A stretch of 64,000 bases of DNA from Nemertoderma westbladi (taxonomy: Eukaryota; Animalia; Xenacoelomorpha), in NCBI GenBank assembly GCA_032718475.1, contig JAUCBJ010005384.1, positions 1 to 64,000 of the forward strand. Direction: 5' to 3'. Below, in pieces: positions 1 to 10,738 of the stretch. The notes under the pieces are model-generated. The model was not told where the DNA came from and made no database searches. It saw only the letters and a list, made by a program, of their open reading frames with translations. The translations under genes were made by a program, and so were the position numbers. Positions within the stretch are counted from its first letter, which is position 1, and each line of letters begins with the position of its first letter.

Positions 1-748
1 GCTGCAATTACGCATCAAACAACCTGGCTTTAAACTCTGTAAATATCAAAACAAACTGGCACGATTGATCTGTGAATACTGCATACTGCTATTTGTTGTC
101 GGTTATTCATTATATTTGTTGATGAATTATTATATTGGAATAACGAGAAATAACCCCGACACCCAATATTCTTGATATACCGAAGGTAAGAGAGAAAGGT
201 TACCAATAACGATTGTGACTTATGTTAAAGTGGTTTGAAGTGAATCTAATGTTATTTGATAGACCCTACATGAGTCAGTCTGTGTTCCTTTTATATGTGA
301 TTAAAATCAGTGAAGATTGGCAGATTAGTGTGCAGTATTGTGCAGCATTGCGTATGAGTGAGTCTGTTAAAGAAGCAATTCCTAAAGAATGCGCCATATA
401 TGTGAATTATAATTAAGCCATATCGTTGTGAGTAGTTTAAGTCATAACTCTGTTTATATAGATAAAGCGCCACGTCCTAAAGGAACTGTTAATATTCCCG
501 AAGGTAAATAATATTGTCAGAGATTATATAATACTGTCAGTCGAATAATACATTAGGCTTACATAGCAACAAAATTAAACCGTCGAACCCAATCTCCCGG
601 GAATATCCAGCGGGTGAATGGTCGCGCACGGATTGGTTTCGACTAGTGTAGTGAATCAAATACTTGTCATAGGCTAAAAAGCGATTTAATATCTAGAAGA
701 CATCTTAATTTGGCGGGTTAAACTGCCAAAGGTCTGAAAGCGCGAACA
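1..748 (+). mobile_element. LTR family A, partial copy (5' part outside window)
   Basis: Colinear with 7121-8188. Ends GGTCTGAAAGCGCGAACA at 748, followed by ACCCT. Confidence 0.85.
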
Positions 749-841
749 ACCCTGTTATTATATACAGGCTATATTCCCCCAACTTTGCTTTCCCATACCT
801 CCTCTAAGTCACATATTTTAAAGTAGTTATAGTTAAAATTT

Positions 842-930
842 GGGTAACAGACGTTTCGGTCTAAGACGTTTTGGCCTAGGACGTTTCGGCCCAATGAATG
901 AAATACAAGATTTGCTTGTCGGACGTTTTC
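842..930. repeat. Short GACGTTTCGG-type repeats, possible orphan MULE-like terminus
   Basis: Three to four GACGTTT(C/T)GG units after GGGTAAC. No partner end found. Confidence 0.35.
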
Positions 931-2370
931 CCAAAGATTCACTTTACTCCCTGAAATAAGCTATTAATAATAAGTTATTCAATATATTTGTTTTGTAGTT
1001 GTTACGTTCGTTACTAGAGGAGTTGTCAGCAGTAGGAACTGCTCCACCTGTTCGAAAGTCGTCAAAATCAAAGTTCTACATTACATTTACTATTACTATT
1101 ACTATTACATCAAATTCTTACAGAAAGTAACCTTCGGTTCCTAATAAATAATAACTAATGTAATATTATTAATATTACTATTTATTAATATAAATTTACA
1201 CCATACTGTAACTTAGAACAAAGATAACATATGCTGACAAATTAACTTTAGTATTATGAAGATGGGGTTTCCCCCATAAAAAAAACATACGTATTTTAAA
1301 ATGTGAGTCAATTAATAAAGTAGTCCTACATTTAAAATACACCGTATTAAATTTATTACTGTATTTTAATGTTGGTCTTAAAAATATAATATAGCAGAAT
1401 AGATAAGAAATATTTCATTAAAATGGCATTGCTAATCATGAGACAGACTGGAAGACATATGGAATGGGATAAAATAAATGCGTATTAAATTTAAAATGAA
1501 ATTAAATATATGAATATTAAAAGGGCCAGAGTAGTGGATGTGAAGTGAAATAAAATATGTATTAATAAAAGCATTAATACAGAGATTATCGCCTGTCCCA
1601 GAAGGTGATATACGGTTATAAAACCTGAAGCAAATAGATCGTATAACTACTGACGCCGCGCCGCAATGCGAAGTAGTTATACATGATTTATTTGCTGAAG
1701 GTGTATGTCTCTGTATTATGTGAAATGTATAATGTAAGAAAGTGTGACTTTGTACCTGAGATACAGTATGATAATACATTATTGTAATAATCTAATGAAA
1801 AAATAACCAATGTCGAATGTATTGTATAAATAGAAACCTACTGTAGGTTATACAGTAGACACAAGAGCATTCGAATAAATAATTAATTATGTTGGAAAGA
1901 TTCAGCAATAAAAAAGGAGAGCTGGAGTACTTGATGAAGCTGAATATTTTATAGAATGATATACCCCCCCCCCCCCACCCCCATATAGGGGTAAACATTA
2001 ATACAGGAAGCTGAATATTGCGAAGGGTAACTTTTCTTTATTGGGTTCAACGAATAATAAATTACGAAGATCACCAGGATTTCAAGCGAAAGGGACGTTC
2101 CAGACGTCATACCGGTAATCAAGTAGGCCTAATTAATAATGAAAAAAAAAGGGGGGGGGGGGGGGGGGGGTATAACGGTAATGAAATAATCTATAACTTA
2201 ACTACTGTAAAATATAAAACTCAATTTTCGTAAGGACTCAATAGAATCAAGTTGAACTCGAAGAATCACAAGTGTGCTACACTGTAGCTTGAGGATGGGT
2301 ATTTAAGCCTATCTATAGGCTATAATTTTTTTAGTGGCTTGATGAGGCTCTGACGGATTAAGGTGTAAAC

Positions 2371-2565
2371 GCTGTGCCGACAGTGTCGGCATAACGTCCT
2401 GTGCCGACAGTGTTAAGATAATGTGCTGAGTGTCGGCGTTACCTTATGCCCACAGTAGTGTCGGCGTTGCGCTGTGCCGACAGTGTCGGCTTTACGTTGT
2501 GCTGACAGTGTCGGCGTTACGTTGTGCCCACAGTAGTGTCGGCGTTGCGTTGTGCCGACAGTGTC
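2371..2565. repeat. Tandem array of palindromic GCCGACAGTGTCGGC units
   Basis: About 7 imperfect ~27-30 bp units. A GGGTTAA terminus at ~2749-2755 suggests a TTAA-targeting DNA-transposon end. Confidence 0.75.
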
Positions 2566-4230
2566 AACATTTTCAAAATTTTCATTTCTCATTTCATTTT
2601 CAACATTTTCAAAAATATTTTGAAAATTTTAGCATGAAAATAAATCTCGGTTTTTAAAACCTAGGTAGGCCTAACTGTTTCCAAGATACAGATGAATTTA
2701 TAAAAATTATAATTGACCCCCCCCCCCCCCCGCGCCCCAGGCCTGATAGGGTTAAAGGGGGCCTTTTATACAGTCCCAATCTCAAGTGCGTGAACTTGGC
2801 CATTTTGGTGACCAAAATAACCAAATAAATGTAGTGTCCCTATGGGCTATTTTGGTCATTTTGGCGAGGCGTTTTAACTCGACTCAGCTAAATCCAGACT
2901 GTCCGTCTCCTTGGCCATCTATTTGGTTGCTCTGACGAAGTGTCGGCTCGCTTTCATTATTATTATTGACAGATTGTTAACTTACGCGGAGCTGAGCCTT
3001 CTTGCAGTACTGGAGACCACCCACTGAGGCATTGATACAGCACACAGGCTATTAAAGGAGTTGAATGCGGCTTTGTTAAAGGAGGAGAATGTATATTAAT
3101 AATCTGATTGTCTGTGTTATTATTAGATAGGCCTAATCCACGTCTCACCTTATCCTGCCCCTTTGTGTAGCTTCAGTATAGAGTCATTATGAAATAGCGA
3201 AACTGTCTGAAGGCGTCGTAATTCTGGTCCGATAGTATCTGGGTCTGTTACATGGCGAGAGGGCTATTAAATGGCGACACTCTGTCTCGAACGAGTTCGG
3301 CTAAGAATTCCTGAGACCTTTGTACACAATGAGTCTAGCGGTATTGAAGCTGTAAGCCTCACTGACAACCTGTGTAGTCCTACAAGAGGCTAGGCCTAAC
3401 TATCTCGCCAATCATAGCTGGCTCAGGACTTACATCTAACTTTTGCGCCACTTTGGGTAATTAAAAATGATACTTTAGATCCAATGAGGAAATAAAATAT
3501 CGTGGGACATTAGATGCTGAATATTCAGCTTAAATTTAGTTTGGTAGCGGTAACAGTTACATTTAGGCAGTAGGCCTACACACATTAGGTAAGTGGTAGG
3601 TTAGGATTTGTAAGAATGATCCAACAGTATTATTGTTTGATTACTTTTTGATTCCTATACTTTAGTATTACTTTCCTCAACTTTTAATAATATGAAATTT
3701 TTCAATATAAAATAAATGTATAAGTCTTACAATATAACACTTTAGAAAAGATTATTACAGTACTGTAGTAAGAGACCGCCTTATGCGATTTTTTGAGATG
3801 AGAACTGTAATCTTATCAAGTTGTCGACAATATATATTTTTCTCTTTAAGGAAATATAACTAATGGATAAAATATATTTCATCTCTGTGTTTTATACTTC
3901 TGCCGGTGTAGTTTGCTATTGATTGCCATTACCGCTCTCTTCAAAGAATTCAATGTTAGCACTTTGTTACTTTGTTGAGTATATATAATGCACTGCGTAT
4001 AGACACACAATGTAGGTTGTCTAGACGTCTAGACTATTATAGACTTTGTGACGGGATCAAGGGATCCCGACCGGTTTGATAAGCTACGCGTCACCGTGTA
4101 ATTGAGAAAGATAGTTTGCTCTGATATTGTTATAGATTGAATAAACGGATAATATATGATAACACAGTATATGATAACATAATATAAATTGGTAGTATAA
4201 TGATAATATATCTAATGTGTACTGATAGTG

Positions 4231-6870
4231 ATTGGGTGTCGTTAGTTCCAAAGTACATTAGTTCCAAACCGCAAACGTCATTAGTTCCAAAGGGGGTGTC
4301 ATTAGTTCCAAACAGGATGCGACATTAGTTCCAATCAAGAAACGTCGTTAGTTCCAAAGGGGGCGTCGTTAGTTCCAAAGGGGGCGTCGTTAGTTCCAAA
4401 GGGGGCGTCGTTAGTTCCAAATGGGGATGTCATTAGTTCCAAAAATAGAAATGGGAATTAATTTCAATATTACAATAAGTAACCGTTAACAGATTTAATC
4501 AGATTTAATCCTATTTAATCAGATTTAATCCTATTTAATCAGATTTAATCCTATTTAATCAGATTTAATAAGTTGGTGTTATAAAGTTAAAGTGATGGTA
4601 GTGGTATTATAAAGTTAAAGCTGCCTAGTGGTTGCCCAGGAGATGTTGTATATGATCGAGGTAAGCATAGACAACTGGGCGTGGAATTGGCGTAGCTTGG
4701 ACAGCATAGTAGTCTATCTGCACACGTAACTGCGCCTTCGCCTCCGTGATCTGGATGTCTACCATGACATCCCGCTCTCTGCGTTTGCGAGCCAGAACGT
4801 TCCCAGCTTCTAGATTCCTCGCACGCACCAAGTAGGAATTGTGCCACAGCTGCGCTTGTTGAATGAAATCTCCCAGCTCCGGATGGCGGTGTGAAAACCG
4901 ATGCTGAAGGGAATTATGCCACCCCTCAGCGTGGTTTGTAGTACGGGGGCCATCATTATCCCAGTTGTTCCATAATGGAATGAAGTTGGGTCGCAACCAG
5001 TAGTTGGTATAGTATTGACAGAACTCGATCAGGTGAACGTTTATAGTTGCATTAGGGAGGACAGGAACTTCACCTAAAATGTCCACAGCAACTTGGAGAA
5101 CTAGCCAAACTGGAAGGAGGCACAGAGCAACCAATCTTCTCATCCAAATTCTAATTCGCTCTTCCTGCTGACAAGGAATAGCCAGGCCCAGCTTGTCCCT
5201 TCTCTCATTTAGGTTTTTCATGTAGTGAAAAACGCAGCCCTGAACCTGAACTTCAGGTAACTCCACACCAATAGCATTAATGGCACTCTGCTCGAAGTCC
5301 AAGTGCCACGAAACTCCAGGAATCTCGTGACAACCAGGCACTAAAAGCAAATTCTCCCGGATCCGCTCGAACAAGTACATATACGTTTGTTGTTCCTTGT
5401 TTGGTAGCAAAGCATAGACAAGTGGAATAGACTCGAGATTGTTGTCTTTATCTGGAATAAATCCATGTATAGTGTAGAGTTGTTCAAATGGATAGGGAAC
5501 TATTGGTTGGTATTTAAAGTTACCATCCATGACAATGTGCCGTGATCTTAAGAGGCGTGCAAAATCAGGCATGGCAGAGAGTATTATAATCTTAGGATCT
5601 TCAGGATGTTGTGGACGATAAACCATGAGTAATTCGTTTTGACAAGCATCCCCCGGATTGGCAAAACGCCCCCTGTGAGTTAGCGTTAGAGCAAATGGAA
5701 TGTTGAAAATATCCTCCACTTTTGGAACACTTCGACGGCGACCTCGCTGATAGGACCTTTGTACGGAGTTAAAGGAGGGCATTTTATCCTCAATAGCCTG
5801 CCTTTCAAACTCTTCTAAATCCGGATGGGAACTCTGGATCTCAGCTAGAGCATCATTATAGGCGACCCGAGGGCGCTTCCCGGTACTACGAATCACCTGT
5901 CTCGTCTTTCGATTTATTTGCTGAGCGGCAACGTTTTCCTTACCAAGAGCTGCGCAGTAGTGCGGACGATTCGGGTTCACCGGGTCAACCATAATTCTAT
6001 CGCCTTTAACCGTGATGCATGGAGGTGGTGGAAGAGAATGGTCCCCATCTTTCGCTAGCTTGCACAATTTGCACTTGTAGTATAATGCATTCTCCGTTTT
6101 CGCTTTGAACATGAATTGCAGAATCTGACCATTTCCACAAGGCTATGACAGCAACGGGTGTTTTCCGGATTTAGAGTTTTGGGTGAATGCTTCGAATGAG
6201 CCAAAGTCTTCTTGAGCCATGGTGGATTAAACCTTGCGTATATGTGCTTATGGCTAAGGCCTAACAGTATGCTATACACTAGACCTACAGATATAGGCTA
6301 CAGGTACTAAAGTGATAATAAATTAATAATGATGTGCAAAATTATACCGAAGGCCTATATATTATGCATTCTACCGGTACCGACCGGTACAGTATCTCTA
6401 TTATGAATGCCTATGTCTATAGCCAACGAAAACTATTCAAATAATAGTTTTTTGATATCATGCTCTTTCTAGCTATTACCAGTACTCAAGCATTCTGCAT
6501 TCTGGTGTCTATTACGGTATTCGTACGGTATGAACTTCCTGACTAGAACTGGATACCGGTAATGTACACAAGCATTCATATTCATACGGTATGGACTTCC
6601 TGACTAGAACCAGATACCGGTAATGTACTCAAAGCATTCAGGTTTTTTTGATTTAACTATCAGTATATAATTATACAGTAGAATTTTCTTTGGAACTAAT
6701 GACACCCTCTTTGGAACTAACGACGACCCCTTTTGGAACTAACGACACTTCTCTTTGGAACTAACGACTCTTTGGAACTAATGACACCCCCTTTGGAACT
6801 AATGACGTTTCCGAATTGGAACTAATGACGCTTTGGAACTAAGGTACTTTGGAACTAATGTCGTGATGCC
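4231..6870 (-). mobile_element. Mutator-like (MULE) DNA transposon with repeat-built long TIRs
   Basis: TSD CTGATAGTG at 4222-4230 and 6871-6879 (8-9 bp). Inverted subterminal arrays of TTAGTTCCAAA / TTTGGAACTAA. MULE transposase ORF inside. Confidence 0.93.
4625..6220 (-). CDS. MULE transposase (FLYWCH-like Zn finger plus DDE domain), with one in-frame TAG near the N-terminus
   Basis: Motifs DGNFK, QLYTIHG, PLVYALLP, DFE, GCVFHY, RTTNHAEGWHN. 495-aa open frame from 6112. In-frame upstream ATG at 6220 (ccATGg) with a stop at 6143-6145. Confidence 0.92.
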
Positions 6871-7120
6871 CTGATAGTGTCAGTGACGGTGCGAAATGTC
6901 ACCGGTCTGCACTGAGTGACTGAGTAAACTAAACTGGCATGTGAATATACTGATAATATATCTAATCACCCTTACGGTACTGTGGCCTTATTACTTAGCG
7001 GATGCTCTCCCGGTCTCCCATTGGCCTATAACCCACTTCACGCCTCTCCCCTCTCTGGGAGTGTTTCCCCCCCCCCCCCCCCGCTGTTGGTTATCTGCCC
7101 TCTCGAGGCGGTTTGACCTC

Positions 7121-8188
7121 TGTAAAAGCTTTTGCGGACATAATTCATTTTTACGCAATGTGCAGAATACTCTAAAATAGCCCTAAAATTATTCAACTAC
7201 GCGTCGGAAAGGAATTAGAACCAGGATGACGAAATCTGTCAGCTGATTCTCTGTGTACGTGGAGGTTTCTTTGTTCCGGCTTTTAGCCAATCAGAGCAAT
7301 TTTCACTTTACGGCTAACAGAGCCCTACCTGAGAAACTCGCGCAATGCATGATGGTTATTATTATTTTTCTGAGAATTAGATTCAACTCAGAATTCTGTG
7401 CTTCCGTACGGAAGTTTCAGACTTTGGCCCGGAAACATCTGATGGCCTTGGTTATAAGAACGTAAATCTATTAACCTGAATGCATATTACTGAACACCTT
7501 AACTCATTTCATACAACTGAATCACCGCACTATTTTATTTCTGTTTTATATAATATTAAGTGTTGTTATATTAATGGATGTTGATGTTATATTTGGAGAA
7601 TACCGATAAATAATCATAAACCCCTCAATCTTCTTGATTACTGAGGTAAGAGGAAACGAGTCTACCGGTAGCAACTGCGACTTAAATTATAGTGGTTTTG
7701 TGTGAATTAAATGCTATTTCATAATCCCTACGTGTGTCAGTTGCAATCCTCCTTATATATGATCAAATTCAGTGACGGTCGTGAAGTAGTGTGAAGTAGT
7801 GTGAAGGTTAATAAAGCATCTCCTAAAGAATGCGCTATTTACGAAACTCAGTAGCCATCTAGTTGTGATTAGTATAAGTCATAACTCTGTTTTTATACTT
7901 AAAGCGCCACGTCCTAAAGGAACTATTAATATTTCCCCGAAAGTGAATATAGTTGTCAGAAATTATATAGAGCGATCAGTCGAATAATACAGTAGGTCTA
8001 CACTGCAATACTTCCCAAGGAGTCCGAATCCAGTCTCCCACACCGTGGATCATACGCCGCGCACGGACTGGCTTCGGCAGATGTAACTTCAGTACACCAG
8101 GTAATTGGTAAAGGTTAAAGTCGATTTATAAACAAAAGGACAATTAAAATTGGCAGGTTAAACTGCTAAAGGTCTGAAAGCGCGAACA
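7121..8188 (+). mobile_element. Solo LTR family A
   Basis: TGTAAAAGC...GCGAACA termini. 5-bp TSD ACCTC at 7116-7120 and 8189-8193. Confidence 0.92.
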
Positions 8189-8799
8189 ACCTCCCTTTGT
8201 GTGGCTCTTGGGGTGTATGTTGTCCCGTTATTGGGTGTGATACGAGATTGATTGTTATTAATCTCGTATCTCCAATATTGCTGAAAAAAGGGCGCCACTT
8301 CCCAACTTTATGGGGATAGTGAGCGGAATTGAATCAGCTCACAGACTTCTAGACTATTATAGTCTAGACGTTTATGCTGTATTAGCATAAGATAAGGTAA
8401 TATGTTTTATTGGAGGAGAGATTTTGGGTAGAGTATGGAATCACCAGTGAATTTGTGTATTCATTCAATTATTGTTTACTTTCAATCAGTTTTAATATTG
8501 AAATCAATCAGTTGTATTTTCATTTCGGAGTGAAATACGCCGTGAAATAAAGTGAATTGAGTGATGGATTATGGGGTGCTATATCCTGTGTCACGACGTG
8601 AAATAAAGTAAAATTATTCTTACACTTACAGTATGATTGAACAGCACGTTTGCGATTTCTTCAGAACTGTCGCCATATTAGATCCCCTTCCAGTGGTCCA
8701 TGAAGTAATGAAGACTGTACCTCGGCATTGGAAGTTTTGATTTCAGCCGATCAACATCAATATTTTAGCTCCAAACTCCAGGTACAGTATTGTCCTATG

Positions 8800-9840
8800 G
8801 TGATCAGCCATTGACCAAATCATCACCCTTGTGGAGGTTTCATCCTCATGTTTTTAATGGTTTATTAGTCATTGTGCCAAGATCCCGTGTTGCCAGCAAC
8901 CTACCATTGCTTCCTTCTAAGAGCCATTTAACTTATGTAGTAGTGATGCACACCCAACCCATATCATATTAGGTCATCTGGGGTATGATAGCACCCTTGG
9001 TAAAATTCGCTCTCGCTTTTGGTTTCCTCGAGGCCGTTCACTGGTACGAAAGATAATATTGTCCTGGTTGTCATAGATATCGGGTACTTCCATACAATAG
9101 GGCAGAGTCAGCATTGAAACCATTTCGGACTCTACCAATTACTCCTTTCAGAACTTTGGGCATTGACTTCTTTGGCCCTCTCTATCTGAAGGATAGCGAT
9201 ATGAAAGCTCCAACCACTCTTATAGCTATCTGAAATTCATTGGGTCGCCTAGTTTGACCATTGATCAAAACAGAGATCCACTCAGATAATACAGAACACT
9301 TCGCAAATTATTAGTGATGCGCCAACTCAATCGATTGGCGTTTTATTCCCGCTCGGATCCCAGAATGGGGTGGCTTCTATGAATGCCTTATCAGTATTAT
9401 GACATTCTCCCTACGTTCTGTATGTCGGAAAGTTAAGTTGACCATGCATCAATTAGAAGCTGTGTTATGTGAAATTGAGGCTATTGTTAACCTCCAACCC
9501 TTCACTCCTATATCTGATGACCCAGAGACAACCCCATCAAGTTTCCTTTATGGACAATCACCAGCTGATATTGGTATTGAACTTTCTACTATTGACTCTC
9601 CTGCTTTACGGGGTGCGTTGAAAGTGCGTGATAATACGATTGTCAGTTTTGGCGCCTGTTTTCGAAGCATTACCTGGAGAATTTGAGCACATGGCGCACC
9701 ACTGGATCAAGTGGTACTTCGCCCACCTTGTGGGCTCTTGTCTTAGTTTAAAGTCGAGAACTAACCGCTCTATTATTTTTTGGAGGTTTCTACTCCAACT
9801 AAATCGCGGTTCGAATGACGGTGCTGTTTGATTCTGTGGG
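8800..9840 (+). pseudogene. Degenerate BEL/Pao integrase remnant
   Basis: Broken frames read HLGYDSTLGKIRSRFWFPRGR, GIDFFGPL, PEWGGFYE and LCEIEAIVN..P.TPISDDP. Confidence 0.85.
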
Positions 9841-9900
9841 ATCAATAGAATATCAATAATAAAAAAAATCAGGGGCTAATAAAATGGCAGCTGGCTTTGA

Positions 9901-10051
9901 AATTAATACTCCATATCTCAAGAACCTGTGGCCTAGTGGTTGTTGTCTCGGCTTCCACCTCGAGGTCCGAGGTTCAAATCCGACACCACGCTGAAGATAC
10001 TGAGTAAGGTCGAAACGCGTACGTGGTTTGGAGAGATATGAGATATTAATT
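9901..10051 (+). mobile_element. tRNA-headed short element carrying a hammerhead ribozyme motif, bounded by imperfect inverted repeats
   Basis: A box TGGCCTAGTGG (9929-9939), anticodon-like loop CTTCCAC, B box GGTTCAAATCC (9971-9981), hammerhead motif. 9901-9926 is an imperfect inverted copy of 10025-10051. Confidence 0.7.
9985..10027 (+). ncRNA. Minimal type-I hammerhead ribozyme motif (possibly decayed)
   Basis: Stem I ACCACG/CGTGGT, core CTGAAGA (9991-9997), GAAA (10012-10015), palindromic stem III ACGCGT, GTA cleavage triplet. Stem II is weak. Confidence 0.68.
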
Positions 10052-10738
10052 TTAAGAAAAATTACGCGATTCCTAAATTTGTACACTACCCGGTTAAAAA
10101 GTACGCATGTGATGGGATTAGTCCTACAATTGCGCCAATAAAAGATAAGTTATTTTCGGTAAAATAAACTTATCATTCGAGGTTAAGACCCCTAGATTCC
10201 TTCCTACTGATGCTTTTTGGCAGACTGTACAATAAGCCTCACCAACATTTCGATTTATAGTTATTATGTAACAAACAAAAGAAATTAGTCAATCATTTGG
10301 AAAGAAGTGTCTAACGGTTTATAATGATATAACATTCCTTTGTTTTTAGGGGCTATTCCAAGATTATTAATTTATTAATAAGATGATTGGCATAAATCAA
10401 TCCTTTCAATAGGGTAATTACTAATACATCTACATATATTTATTTATTTGGTTTTTTAATTATTCCTAATTTCCTTTGATTCGGAGTTACAACAAAGATA
10501 TTTATTATTAGAAAGAAAGGCCTAACACAGCATCACTATCAAAATATTATTATCATTGGTCACTTATGACAAAACCTGAGCTGAAATGGAACTTAACATG
10601 TGTTCCAGATTTGATTCATAAATCAAGGTTTATTTATCTAAAGTCTAAGATTTATCTATCAAACTTATTCTTTCCAAGTTATTGTCATTCCCATTTAATA
10701 AAAATATCCATCCAATTTATTGTCATTTGACTCACAGA

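Larger units (their letters stand above)
4047..8343. mobile_element. Solo LTR (BEL/Pao family B) interrupted by two younger insertions
   Basis: Begins TGTGACGGGATC and ends GCGGAATTGAATCAGCTCACA, homologous to the LTRs at 53418 and 59629. 5-bp TSD GACTT at 4042-4046 and 8344-8348. Confidence 0.9.

Noticed and set aside
848-895. GACGTTTCGGCC as the reverse strand of a hammerhead GAAAC box
   Set aside because: No matching CTGANGA box or stem I nearby.
1430-2240. Short ORFs and a possible decayed coding remnant
   Set aside because: No recognisable motif could be supported.
4240-4445. Regularly spaced TTAGTTCCAAA repeats resembling a CRISPR array
   Set aside because: Repeats are only ~11-14 bp, spacers are short and often identical, and the array is mirrored at 6690-6860. 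These are MULE subterminal repeats. No cas genes; eukaryotic context.
9922-9990. Functional tRNA-Gly gene
   Set aside because: Acceptor and T stems do not pair properly. It is a tRNA-derived head only; the same applies at 41700-41773 and 47880-47950.
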